Below, piece by piece: positions 38,869-48,524 of a DNA stretch of 64,000 nucleotides; position 1 is the stretch's first letter; each line of letters begins with the position of its first letter. Made by a program: the position numbers and the translations under genes. The DNA is from an uncultured Candidatus Saccharibacteria bacterium (lineage in GTDB: Bacteria > Patescibacteriota > Minisyncoccia > Phycocordibacterales > CAIRYW01): positions 64,105 through 128,104 of the forward strand of contig CAYLQP010000002.1 of the NCBI GenBank assembly GCA_964386665.1, written 5' to 3'. The notes beneath the pieces are model-generated. The model was not told the DNA's origin. It was given only the letters and a program-made list of their open reading frames with translations, and did no database searches.

Positions 38869-39540
38869 TCATTTTAGGTTAAGGATATTTTGAATAATAA
38901 CTCCTTTGGGTAGTCTACTTCTTTGAGAATTATCAATAAAAATGCAACTTTTATTTTTCGAAAGAATATCTACAACTTGATAAAAATTAAACTCGAGATC
39001 TTTTTTCCATGCTTCTAAATAGACTTCACCCATTTTAAAACGAGGACTGAACATTGAATCCTCTGCGGTAGAAAATCTATCAAAACCAGTACCCTCAACA
39101 ACAAGAAACTTTTTTTTCCATGTAGGTAATGAACTAAGATGCTTACGTAAGATAAGTGTCTCTATTTTCCCTTCAAATATACTAAGTAACCTTTGGCAAA
39201 GACCCTCGTCTATAAGAAATATCTTTTTTGAAAATAGAGAGTAAAAAAATGCTTTAGCCTCTTTTGCACAAGAAATAAAAAACAGGTGTCGCACATATGA
39301 ACGAATCAACAAAGGTTGACCTTGAATCAACTTTATATATTTTAAAAAATATATTGGTTTAAGAAAAATAAACACTCCTAAAAAACTAGCTTTTTCAAAT
39401 TTTGTGTTCAATTGAACTACACAAAAACGAGAGTTTTCTTTTACAAGGTTTGCTATTGTTGACTTCCCGCTACCAGGGAGACCTATAATCTCAATATTAT
39501 TTTTTCTTTTGTGCATGAATTTGAAAACTTTCAGAAACAA
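38869..39540 (-). CDS. P-loop NTPase of unknown function (kinase/sulfotransferase-like fold possible)
   Basis: Walker A IIGLPGSGKST near the N-terminus. No further diagnostic motif. Confidence 0.4.
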   Translation of the reverse strand: MFLKVFKFMHKRKNNIEIIGLPGSGKSTIANLVKENSRFCVVQLNTKFEKASFLGVFIFLKPIYFLKYIKLIQGQPLLIRSYVRHLFFISCAKEAKAFFYSLFSKKIFLIDEGLCQRLLSIFEGKIETLILRKHLSSLPTWKKKFLVVEGTGFDRFSTAEDSMFSPRFKMGEVYLEAWKKDLEFNFYQVVDILSKNKSCIFIDNSQRSRLPKGVIIQNILNLK

Positions 39541-40267
39541 AACCCAATAAAAATAATGGGAGTAATTTCCACGGAATCAAAAGTAACACTTGGTGAAGAA
39601 TATTGGAAATAAATCTTGCAAAACGAAAACGGAATAATTTACCAAAAATAGCTGGTTTAACATTTAAAATTTCAAAACCACTTTCTTTTAAAAGTGTTAT
39701 GACTTCTCTTACAGAAACTTGTTTTGAATGCAAGGTTTTTTCTTTGAGATTTGTGTGGGCATTATAGTCTCTACTTTTAGTCACAAGTAATAAATTACCC
39801 TTTTCCTTTAAAATTCTATGCATTTCACTTAAAAATTTTCTTTTATCAACAAAATATTCAAAATTTCTTATAGAAATGCACGTATCGAATATATTGTCTT
39901 CTAATGTATTATTTAAAAAGTCTCCTTGATTAAAACTAATCTTAGAAATTGACTCTGCTAGTCTTTTTTTCGCCTGCTCCAACATCTGAAATGAAATATC
40001 TAAATAATATAAATTTTCACAAACATTTATATAAAGTAAAGTCCAAATTCCATCTCCACCTCCAACTTCAAACACTTTTTCACAAGAAACCGTATTAAAA
40101 AACGTGAGTAAAGTCTTTTTGGTTTGATTAAAATGAATTAGATTAACTGGACCTTCAAACCAACGATGATCCGAATGAAAAGTTCCTAACGTAGAAAGGA
40201 AATTATCATAGTACTGACCAACATACTCGCCAGAGAGATTGTTTTTTGATTCTATTTTATTATCCAT
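39497..40267 (-). CDS. class I SAM-dependent methyltransferase
   Basis: Motif I VFEVGGGDGIWT. Confidence 0.65.
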   Translation of the reverse strand: MDNKIESKNNLSGEYVGQYYDNFLSTLGTFHSDHRWFEGPVNLIHFNQTKKTLLTFFNTVSCEKVFEVGGGDGIWTLLYINVCENLYYLDISFQMLEQAKKRLAESISKISFNQGDFLNNTLEDNIFDTCISIRNFEYFVDKRKFLSEMHRILKEKGNLLLVTKSRDYNAHTNLKEKTLHSKQVSVREVITLLKESGFEILNVKPAIFGKLFRFRFARFISNILHQVLLLIPWKLLPLFLLGFVSESFQIHAQKKK

Positions 40268-40347
40268 AATATCCTAGAATAATGACACAAATTATTTAAA
40301 ACAACAATATATTTTAGGCCTTTTTTGTGTTAAAATAGTAAAAAGTC

Positions 40348-41613
40348 TTGAAATATATACTCAAAAAAATAAAAGAGATGGGAAATTCATTCTTCGCAGC
40401 TGATGTTTCATATGTCATGAAACATGGAGGATGGGTATTTATAGCTCAAATAGTCACCTCATTTTCAGCCTTTGTATTATCGGTTATCTTTTCTTATTTT
40501 TTACCAAAAGAAGAATTTGGCGTGTATAAATACATTCTTTCGATGGCTGGTATTTTAGGAGGATTTTCACTTACGGGCCTCCACACCGGAATCATTAGAT
40601 CGACCGCCAAAGGCAAAGAAGGATTATTCAAAGACAGCTTTCTTCTAAGTATGAAATGGGGGCTAGTTTCAACATGTCTTTCTCTTTTTGTTAGTGGCTA
40701 CTATTTTTTAAATCAAAATAATATTTTAGCACTCTCATTTATAATTATAGCAATTTGTCAGCCTTTACTGAACAGCGCACTTTTATTTAGATCTTTTTTA
40801 AACGGCAAGCAGTCTTATAGAAGTCTAAGTAGTTCAAATATTATTATCAGTATTGTTTCTTCATTTATCATCGGATTAACTGTTTTATTTACAAAAAACC
40901 CTATTTTAATTATTTTGAGCTATTTTTTATCTAACTTAATCTTAGCTATTTTAATATTTAGTTATGTCCAGAAAAAGTTTATTCCAAACAGCGAACACGA
41001 AGAAAACGAAATTTCATATAGTAAGCATTCGAGCCTTATAAACATATTAGATATAGTTGCAAATAATATTGATAAAGTAATTTTATTTCAAATGCTTGGC
41101 GGAACAAGTGTATCAATCTACACTTTTGCCCTTGCCTTTCCAGAACAGATACGAAATGTTTATAAGATAATACCAATGATTGCAACTCCAAAGTTTGCCA
41201 AAAGACCTCTTGAAGAAATAAAAAAAGTCTTTCTTAAAAGAACTTTGCGTATGTTTGTTGCATCTTCAATCCTTATCCTTTTGTATATTTGGACAGCACC
41301 GAAACTATATACAATCTTCTTTCCACAATATACTGACTCCGTAATGTATTCAATTGTCTTTTCTATAACTCTTCTTATTGAGGGAGGGTTATCAAATGCT
41401 ATTTTTAAAGCAAAACAGGCAATCAAAGAACAATACAAAGTAAGCATAGGAAGTAATATCCTAAAAATAACACTTCTTATAATCTGTGCTTTCTTTTGGG
41501 GATTATGGGGGGTAATTATAGCCAGAGTAATCTCTAGATTTCTAGGTTTTCTTTTGTCGCTCTTTCTTACTATACAATTAATCCATGATCCTGAGAAAAA
41601 GAATGCTTTTTAA
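40348..41613 (+). CDS. Wzx-type oligosaccharide flippase (polysaccharide biosynthesis / MOP superfamily)
   Basis: About 12 TM helices, about 420 aa, typical PST-family organisation. Confidence 0.65.
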   Translation: MKYILKKIKEMGNSFFAADVSYVMKHGGWVFIAQIVTSFSAFVLSVIFSYFLPKEEFGVYKYILSMAGILGGFSLTGLHTGIIRSTAKGKEGLFKDSFLLSMKWGLVSTCLSLFVSGYYFLNQNNILALSFIIIAICQPLLNSALLFRSFLNGKQSYRSLSSSNIIISIVSSFIIGLTVLFTKNPILIILSYFLSNLILAILIFSYVQKKFIPNSEHEENEISYSKHSSLINILDIVANNIDKVILFQMLGGTSVSIYTFALAFPEQIRNVYKIIPMIATPKFAKRPLEEIKKVFLKRTLRMFVASSILILLYIWTAPKLYTIFFPQYTDSVMYSIVFSITLLIEGGLSNAIFKAKQAIKEQYKVSIGSNILKITLLIICAFFWGLWGVIIARVISRFLGFLLSLFLTIQLIHDPEKKNAF

Positions 41614-41655
41614 GTTTATAAATTCTGGTATGATACATATAATAAAAATAAAAAT

Positions 41656-42375
41656 ATGATAGGACTAATTCTTGCAGGAGGCAAAGGAACGCGTTTACAC
41701 CCTTATACAGAAGAGACACCTAAACCTCTTATTAAGGTAAATGGCAAAGCAATTTTAGAACATCAAATAGAACTCCTTCTACCTAAGGTTGATAAGATTG
41801 TAATTATTACAGGTTTTTTGCGAGAAAAAATAGAAGGTTTTGTAAAAGAGAAATTTGATACAACAAAAATTACCTATGTACACAACAGTGAATTTGAAAA
41901 CTCACGCCCGGCTTACGCTATTATCCAAGCCTTACCTTTACTGGAAGATGCAATTATTTACCTAAATGGCGATGTTTTTTTTGATATACGTATCCTTGAA
42001 GAAGTTATTAACACTTCAAATCCTAACACCACCGCAATCCAAAAAGTTACCTGGGATGAAGAAGAGGTGAATGTAGTCCTCGACAAAGATAACAATATTC
42101 AACACATAAGCAAAAACATTCCTGAGGAAAAAAGTGCGGGTGAATTTATTGGAGTAACAAAGCTTGGTGTAGAGTTTCTTAAAAAAATGAAAGAAGTAGC
42201 TGAAAAAGAAGGAATAGAAACATTTAGATTTTCTTTTGCTATCGACTTAATTAACCATGTAATCCAAGAATATCAACAAACACTCTTTGGACTTGATGTG
42301 ACAAAACTAAAGGCTATAGAAATAGATACCTTAAAAGATCTAAATACTGCAAACATAATGTTTAACGAAAAATGA
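41656..42375 (+). CDS. LicC/IspD-like nucleotidyltransferase (cytidylyltransferase for a phospho-alcohol or sugar-phosphate)
   Basis: N-terminus LILAGGKGTRLHPYTEETPKPLIKVNGKAILEHQIELL closely parallels S. pneumoniae LicC [38 protein letters not shown]. About 239 aa. Confidence 0.7.
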   Translation: MIGLILAGGKGTRLHPYTEETPKPLIKVNGKAILEHQIELLLPKVDKIVIITGFLREKIEGFVKEKFDTTKITYVHNSEFENSRPAYAIIQALPLLEDAIIYLNGDVFFDIRILEEVINTSNPNTTAIQKVTWDEEEVNVVLDKDNNIQHISKNIPEEKSAGEFIGVTKLGVEFLKKMKEVAEKEGIETFRFSFAIDLINHVIQEYQQTLFGLDVTKLKAIEIDTLKDLNTANIMFNEK

Positions 42376-43508
42376 ATATAGTACGTAAAACAATTGTATA
42401 CGGGGTATACTTCTTCTCTTCACTTTTTCCAAGAGATAAAAACCGATTTATATATATCGGTTGGCATAAAAATAGTTCTGGGGAAGTATTTGCAGATAAT
42501 ACAAAGTATCTTTTTCTTTATGCAAATAAGCACAGTCAAAACCAAAAGCATATTTGGCTTGCCAAAAGCAAGATATTAGCCACAAAACTAGTATCGTCAG
42601 GCCTTCACTCTTCTTATGAATTTAGCCTGCAAGGTGTCTGGCACATGCTCCGAGCAAAATATTTTGTAATTGATGCCCTGTTTCAACCACAGCATTTTAT
42701 GTTCTCAGGAAGAGCAAAAATCATACAACTTCTTCATGGCAAAGGTATGAAGAAAAAAGGTTATAGCGAAGCACAATTAAAGAAACAAGATTTTATATTT
42801 GGTACATCTCAATATAGCTTAAGCTTACTACCAGAGAGTTTCATAAAAGGTTCAAAACTATTTGTAACAGGCTACCCTAGAAACGATATTCTCTTCTCTC
42901 AAATTGAGAAAGCAGACATTGATATAGACACCGATATGCTTTCTCACCTAAAAAAACAGAAAGCAAAAGGCAAAAAAAACATTTTCTATGCCCCAACATT
43001 TCGTAGAGGAGAAAAAGAAGCTCTCTTAAAAGGACTTGATATGGATAAGCTTGTCGCATGGGCAAAAGAAAAGAATGTGCACGTTGTTTTAAGCCTTCAT
43101 AATAAATATCGAAACCAGCAAGACTCGCATAATCTTGGAGAACATATTAGTTCTTTAAAGGAATCTGATATATATCCCTTACTCTGTGAATTCGATCTTT
43201 TTGTGACAGATTACTCATCTTCTTTTATTGATTTCTTACTTCTTGATAAACCAATAATATTTTATCCATTTGATTTCGATACATATTCAGTAAATGAGGG
43301 AATTATTCAAGACTACTTTAAAATGATTCCCGGACCACACGCAACGAACTTTAAACAACTACTTAATATTATCGAAGAAAATCTCAAGCAAGATACCTGG
43401 CAAGAAAAAAGGCAAATTTCAAAACATAAAAACCACAGTTTTTGTGACGGAAATAGTGCAGAAAGAGTGTTTAAAGTAATTGACAGCTTAGAAACATCAA
43501 GACCTTAA
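42372..43508 (+). CDS. CDP-glycerol (CDP-alcohol) glycerophosphotransferase family protein (TagB/TagF-like)
   Basis: Glyphos_transf hallmarks: LLHGKG...FVTGYPRNDILF...FYAPTFR...FDLFVTDYSSSFIDFLLLDKPIIFY. Overlaps the LicC-like gene by 4 nt. Confidence 0.75.
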   Translation: MNIVRKTIVYGVYFFSSLFPRDKNRFIYIGWHKNSSGEVFADNTKYLFLYANKHSQNQKHIWLAKSKILATKLVSSGLHSSYEFSLQGVWHMLRAKYFVIDALFQPQHFMFSGRAKIIQLLHGKGMKKKGYSEAQLKKQDFIFGTSQYSLSLLPESFIKGSKLFVTGYPRNDILFSQIEKADIDIDTDMLSHLKKQKAKGKKNIFYAPTFRRGEKEALLKGLDMDKLVAWAKEKNVHVVLSLHNKYRNQQDSHNLGEHISSLKESDIYPLLCEFDLFVTDYSSSFIDFLLLDKPIIFYPFDFDTYSVNEGIIQDYFKMIPGPHATNFKQLLNIIEENLKQDTWQEKRQISKHKNHSFCDGNSAERVFKVIDSLETSRP

Positions 43509-44243
43509 GATAAAAAAGCTCTCCTTATCTTTTTTTGTCGGCATTCCCAATGAATATTGTTGGACCCCCAGAAAAGAAGTTTCTTTCTCTGTCACAACAT
43601 TAAAGCCAACCAAACGAATCAATTCCCTTACATCTTTTTTTGAAAAAGTATGAGGATGATGGGGACCTCTACTTTTTCCACTTTTTTCATGAGTCTCAAC
43701 AGTTAAAATAAAATAGCCTCCAGGAACTAGAACTCTTTTAATTTCACTCAAGACTTCTATAGGTTTCGAAACGTGATCAAGAACATTTGTACAAAAAATG
43801 TGTGTAAAATAACCATCTTCAAAATCAATCTTTTCCCCATGACTTTTTCTTACATCAAGATCTTTAGGGTATGAATAAAATTTATGATACCAATCAGCAA
43901 GAGGATCAATACCGATCTTCTTTTTTCCTGGAATAAAATGTAGGATACTAGCTATACCACACCCAACATCCAAAACAACACTTTCATTTGACAAGTGTGT
44001 TTGAATTAAAAGATCATCCAAGAATCGAAATTTTCTGTAATAATTTAAAGCATTTATCTTTACATTTTCTTTTTCAAACTCTTTTCCCCAACCCATTTTA
44101 GCAGCAAGTTCACTTTCATATTTATCAAGAAAGTGATTATAGAAAAAGTCTGTTAGACCAAAAAATCTTAAAATATTTTTTATTTTTTTTGGAATGAGCG
44201 CTGAAATTTTTTTCTGAAAATTAATTTTTGATAAACCTTTCAT
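43497..44243 (-). CDS. class I SAM-dependent methyltransferase
   Basis: Motif I VLDVGCGIASIL. Confidence 0.65.
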   Translation of the reverse strand: MKGLSKINFQKKISALIPKKIKNILRFFGLTDFFYNHFLDKYESELAAKMGWGKEFEKENVKINALNYYRKFRFLDDLLIQTHLSNESVVLDVGCGIASILHFIPGKKKIGIDPLADWYHKFYSYPKDLDVRKSHGEKIDFEDGYFTHIFCTNVLDHVSKPIEVLSEIKRVLVPGGYFILTVETHEKSGKSRGPHHPHTFSKKDVRELIRLVGFNVVTEKETSFLGVQQYSLGMPTKKDKESFFILRS

Positions 44244-44254
44244 TTTTATTTTTT

Positions 44255-45349
44255 TTATAATAATTTTTCAAATTTTAGCACATTTTTTTCAATCGAACAA
44301 TCCTCGGAAATATTTTCAGAAAATTTAGACATCAAAGGGTAATTGTATCCTAAAATTTTTTCTAAAAATTGTGCAGAATCTTCTGGAAAAAGAGATCGTA
44401 TATAAATACCATTTTGCCCTTCTTTTAGCAACATTTTTGTCCCCCCTGTTTCTGTAGCAATAAGTGGCAACCCAAAAGCAAGTGCTTCGAGATAAGACAT
44501 ACTCATACCTTCAATAAGAGACGTAGATACGAGAAAGTCACTCGCCCTATAATATGTATATATATCTTTTACAGCCCCAAGAAAAAATACACTCTCTTCT
44601 AGGTCTAGTTTTTTTACTTTTTCTTCAAGAGAACTACGTAACTCTCCTTCTCCTGCAATCAAAAGAATAACATCTTTATGTTGTTTAACAAAAAAAGAGA
44701 AACTTTCGATTAATAACGAATGGTTTTTTTGACTAGTAAGGCGAGCCACGGACAAAAAAATCTTTTTATTTAAAGGAAGAGAGAGTTTTCTTCTTGCCTC
44801 TTCTTTAGTTAAGTCTTTTTTCAGTTCTTTAATTGGCTTTAAGTCAATGCCGTTTTGTATGGTAATACATTTACTTTCATTAAGTTTTTGTTGTGTAATG
44901 GTAAACTCTCTTACTTCTTCAGAAACAGCAATTATTTTATAAGAAAGACCACTCAACATCCTATCCATAAACACCTGCCACCTTCTCTTATTTGTGTAAG
45001 TGTTATGCTCAACAGTAATAACTCTGTACCAAAAAATGACTTTAAATATCCTTAAAAGTGTGTTCGATAAAAATAAATGAGAAACTACTGTATGAGGCCT
45101 AAAAGAAAACAGAAGTATAGCGATGTTAAGTAGACCTTTTATATCATAGGCACTTTTCATACCTATCCGATGCACTTTAATAGAGCTGGGAATGAGGTGA
45201 TATAAATCTTTCCTTGCCTTGAATTCAAAAAGAGAGACTAGTTCTATATCGTATTTCTCTTTATTGAAATAAAGTAATTGAGATGCGATCAGTTTTTGAG
45301 CACCTCCCACTAGAAAATCATTAATCGATATAAGGACTCTTTTTTTCAT
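44255..45349 (-). CDS. GT4 (GT-B fold) glycosyltransferase
   Basis: C-terminal Glycos_transf_1 pattern (FFLGAVKD...SDFLVSTSLIEGMSMSYLEALAFGLPLIATETGG). Confidence 0.75.
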   Translation of the reverse strand: MKKRVLISINDFLVGGAQKLIASQLLYFNKEKYDIELVSLFEFKARKDLYHLIPSSIKVHRIGMKSAYDIKGLLNIAILLFSFRPHTVVSHLFLSNTLLRIFKVIFWYRVITVEHNTYTNKRRWQVFMDRMLSGLSYKIIAVSEEVREFTITQQKLNESKCITIQNGIDLKPIKELKKDLTKEEARRKLSLPLNKKIFLSVARLTSQKNHSLLIESFSFFVKQHKDVILLIAGEGELRSSLEEKVKKLDLEESVFFLGAVKDIYTYYRASDFLVSTSLIEGMSMSYLEALAFGLPLIATETGGTKMLLKEGQNGIYIRSLFPEDSAQFLEKILGYNYPLMSKFSENISEDCSIEKNVLKFEKLL

Positions 45350-46002
45350 TTCTTTTTTAGAATATAAAATCTGTGATATTTATTCAAAGGTGGATTGAAC
45401 ACTTTTTCAATGTGAAAATGTCTTTCGAATACTTCCACTATCTTTCTTTTGGAAGTAGTAAAATAATCTATTTCGAAATAATGCTGATCAGATTCCTTGA
45501 ATCCCTTGAACTTTATAGGGAGCTTAATACTTATATCAAAAAATTTTCTCTTGAAAAGCGTCTGAATAAAAGGAAATTTCAAAACAAGATTAAAACCAAC
45601 ATGTCGTTCCGGAAGAGATATCACAGCATACTTTTTTGTAATATTGGCTATATCAGAAACAACTTTCTCAAAATCAGCAAAAGGAATATGCTCAAGAATT
45701 TGACATGCCATAACACAATCAAAGCTCTCTTTTTGAAAAGGTAGGGATCTTACATCTGCGACCACATCAGGAAACACCTTTTCATCGAAGTCACAAGTGG
45801 TCACAGAAAATCCTATATCCATTAATTCCTTTGATACAAGTTTATTTCCTGGACCAATTTCTAAAATAGAAGAAACATCTTTTAGGTTTGTGATCGAATC
45901 AATTTGATAGAAATAAGAAATGAACCTCTCAAGAGTATTGTACCCTCTTCTTTTATAATATCCTTCCTTTACCTGAACGTTGTTATTTTTTTCTAATGAC
46001 AT
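45346..46002 (-). CDS. class I SAM-dependent methyltransferase
   Basis: Motif I ILEIGPGNKLVS. Paralogous to the next gene. Confidence 0.6.
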   Translation of the reverse strand: MSLEKNNNVQVKEGYYKRRGYNTLERFISYFYQIDSITNLKDVSSILEIGPGNKLVSKELMDIGFSVTTCDFDEKVFPDVVADVRSLPFQKESFDCVMACQILEHIPFADFEKVVSDIANITKKYAVISLPERHVGFNLVLKFPFIQTLFKRKFFDISIKLPIKFKGFKESDQHYFEIDYFTTSKRKIVEVFERHFHIEKVFNPPLNKYHRFYILKKK

Positions 46003-46633
46003 AAAAGTAACCCATAGGAAGAGGGTGTTTATTCCTTATCTTTCTTGGTATAAACATATCAAAACATACAGCAAGAATATTCGCAAGAGCACGAACAATT
46101 GAAAAAACAAAGAACGGGTGAAGGGCATATGCACAAACAGAAAACCTATCGCCCATAAACCTCTTCTCAATCACTTCAAACCCCGAAGAAGAAAAGAGTC
46201 GGCTCAATCCTTCACTTGTAAAACGTAAGAAATCGTGAGGTTCTGGCATCTCATTTGTAGCATAAGGAGAAGAAATAAGTGCGTGCCCACCGACTTTAAG
46301 TACTCGATAGATCTCATTTAAAGTAAATTCTGGCTTTTCTGCTATATACAGATTATTAAAAAGTAAAATAGTGTCGACTGTTCCTGTCTCCATTTCAAAA
46401 GGTACATTAAAATCAACCACAAGATCGATTCCCTCCTGAGTTATATATTCAGATTTTAGGTATTCAATATCAACAGGAAGACAATTTCTATATGAAGGAT
46501 TACTCCCTGAACCAATATCCAAGACCCTTCCTTTTATAAAAGAGGATAAGGATAATATATTCTCTTCGAAATAAATTCGAAATAAAGTCTTTTTTAGTAA
46601 AGTTTTTTTTATAATTTTTATTATGCTAACCAT
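45983..46633 (-). CDS. class I SAM-dependent methyltransferase
   Basis: Motif I VLDIGSGSNPS. Post-I LKVGGHALIS. Confidence 0.6.
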   Translation of the reverse strand: MVSIIKIIKKTLLKKTLFRIYFEENILSLSSFIKGRVLDIGSGSNPSYRNCLPVDIEYLKSEYITQEGIDLVVDFNVPFEMETGTVDTILLFNNLYIAEKPEFTLNEIYRVLKVGGHALISSPYATNEMPEPHDFLRFTSEGLSRLFSSSGFEVIEKRFMGDRFSVCAYALHPFFVFSIVRALANILAVCFDMFIPRKIRNKHPLPMGYFYVIRKK

Positions 46634-47385
46634 TTTTTTGTAAATCCATATAAGGATGATAATTTAGCTTTGAATACAAACATTGATACTCCAGAGTCAA
46701 TTGATAAGCGTGGAAGTTTAAATAAGTCAGAAGAAACATCCACAAACCCTTCCTCAACAGTAAAAGCTGAATTTACATAATGTTTTATTATTTGTATAAC
46801 TTCAGATGAATACTTCCCTCTTGGATAAGCAAGAGAGACTTCTTTACCATCCTTAGACAAAAGAGAAAGAGATTGGCGCATTTCTTCCTTTAATTGATCC
46901 GGAGACAAAGAAGTAAATTCATTATGCAAGTGTCCGTGACAACCAATCTCAACAAGCGGGTTTTCAAAAATGGTTTTTATTTGTTCGAAAGAAATAAGAG
47001 AACACGAATCTCCTTGACTAGTCTTTAATACATTATCCTTTAAACCACTTGGCCAAAAAAGTGTAACAGGGATATTATGTTTTTTAATAAAAGACATAAC
47101 AATATCTAGAAAATCTATATGTCCATCATCGAAAGTAAGTACTACTACCTTTTTAAGACTCTGCTTTCCTTTTATTTTCTCAACTAATTCATTTACTGAA
47201 CAAAAGATATAACCTCTTTTTATAAGGTATTCTATTTGAGTAAAGAAAGACTTAGGATCTACGTTAAAAAAAACATTTGGCAATTTAAAAGAATGGTACA
47301 TCAGCACCCGCGCACAAGAATCTCTCAACAAAAAAGAAGAAACTGTGCAAATACTGAAAAAAATTTTTTTTAACAAACGTTTCAT
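46621..47385 (-). CDS. polysaccharide deacetylase (CE4/NodB family)
   Basis: VVVLTFDDGHIDFLD (TFDDG motif) ... GCHGHLH. Confidence 0.7.
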   Translation of the reverse strand: MKRLLKKIFFSICTVSSFLLRDSCARVLMYHSFKLPNVFFNVDPKSFFTQIEYLIKRGYIFCSVNELVEKIKGKQSLKKVVVLTFDDGHIDFLDIVMSFIKKHNIPVTLFWPSGLKDNVLKTSQGDSCSLISFEQIKTIFENPLVEIGCHGHLHNEFTSLSPDQLKEEMRQSLSLLSKDGKEVSLAYPRGKYSSEVIQIIKHYVNSAFTVEEGFVDVSSDLFKLPRLSIDSGVSMFVFKAKLSSLYGFTKKWLA

Positions 47386-48419
47386 AAAAAAGTCGAAAAT
47401 GTATTTACTAAACTAGAAAGACTATGCTTTGATCGTGAGATTAAAGCAAGTTCTTTCGTAATTGAATTATATTCAGACTCAGAAAGCTTTAAAATAGCAA
47501 AAATCCCTTGAGCGAGAGATTTTATATTATCCTCTTCAAACGACACAACTGATTTTAAATTTGATGGAAGGTCTAAAGAGAAATTGGGGTTCGATACAAG
47601 TGGAATGATCTCACAAAACGCAGATTCAACAATTGTCTTGTCAAAACTACCAGAATTTGTGGTATTTATACAAACAATTCCACTACTATATACACTGGGT
47701 AAATCTTGCTGCTTCACTCCCCCAAGAAATAATACAGCGTCTTCAATATGAGCATCTAACATCTTTTGTTTTAATTCTTTTAGATACTCCTCATCTGTTG
47801 TTGGTCCATAAATATGAAGAAATGCTGAAGGAATTTCTTTTTTTACTAAAATAAAAGCATCGATAAGTAGTTCAATCTTCTTGACCCGAGAAATTCTACC
47901 GACATACACAATTTTATTTCTATCTCTTGCAATATCAATTTTTTTAAAGATACTATCATCAACTCCAACTGGCATAATAACCGTTTTCTGAAACTTAGCA
48001 GTAAATGATGTTGTTGAGGTACAAAAAACTTTATGAGACATAAATACAGCAAGCCTTGTCTTCCAGGTACCACTTAAGTGATTTCTCCAAAGGAATATCT
48101 TTTTACCGCAAAGCCTCCACCACAGACCAGCCAAGAGAACATACTCTTCATTCATATGAACAAAAACCGCGTCATAATTACCTTTTTCTTTCCATAAGTA
48201 TTTATAAAAATTAAAAATATATTTCAATCTTGATTTCCCTTCTTCTTTCCCAAGAGAATAAATATTGATTTCTTTAGGAAAATGATTCTCACCTTTTTCT
48301 AAACAAATAACTGAGGAAATAGAAACTTTCTGTGAAAACACCTCTATCCATCGATGAACAAAACTCATTACTGGATTATTCAGATTAACAGCTTGTGTAA
48401 TAAATAACACTCTTTTCAT
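47382..48419 (-). CDS. GT4 glycosyltransferase
   Basis: GT-B C-terminal domain (KIVYVGRISRVKKIELLIDAF...IVESAFCEIIPLVS). Confidence 0.7.
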   Translation of the reverse strand: MKRVLFITQAVNLNNPVMSFVHRWIEVFSQKVSISSVICLEKGENHFPKEINIYSLGKEEGKSRLKYIFNFYKYLWKEKGNYDAVFVHMNEEYVLLAGLWWRLCGKKIFLWRNHLSGTWKTRLAVFMSHKVFCTSTTSFTAKFQKTVIMPVGVDDSIFKKIDIARDRNKIVYVGRISRVKKIELLIDAFILVKKEIPSAFLHIYGPTTDEEYLKELKQKMLDAHIEDAVLFLGGVKQQDLPSVYSSGIVCINTTNSGSFDKTIVESAFCEIIPLVSNPNFSLDLPSNLKSVVSFEEDNIKSLAQGIFAILKLSESEYNSITKELALISRSKHSLSSLVNTFSTFL

Positions 48420-48524
48420 AATATTTCCTAGAATTATCAGTTTTTAAACTAAATAGTGCGGCATCAAAATCTTTTACGTAGAAGCTAATATTAACATAAA
48501 TACCATCTGTAACAAGATAAAAAA

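Noticed and set aside
42394-42579. 61-aa plus-strand ORF inside the TagF-like gene
   Set aside because: Alternative frame of a gene with strong family motifs. No expression signals.
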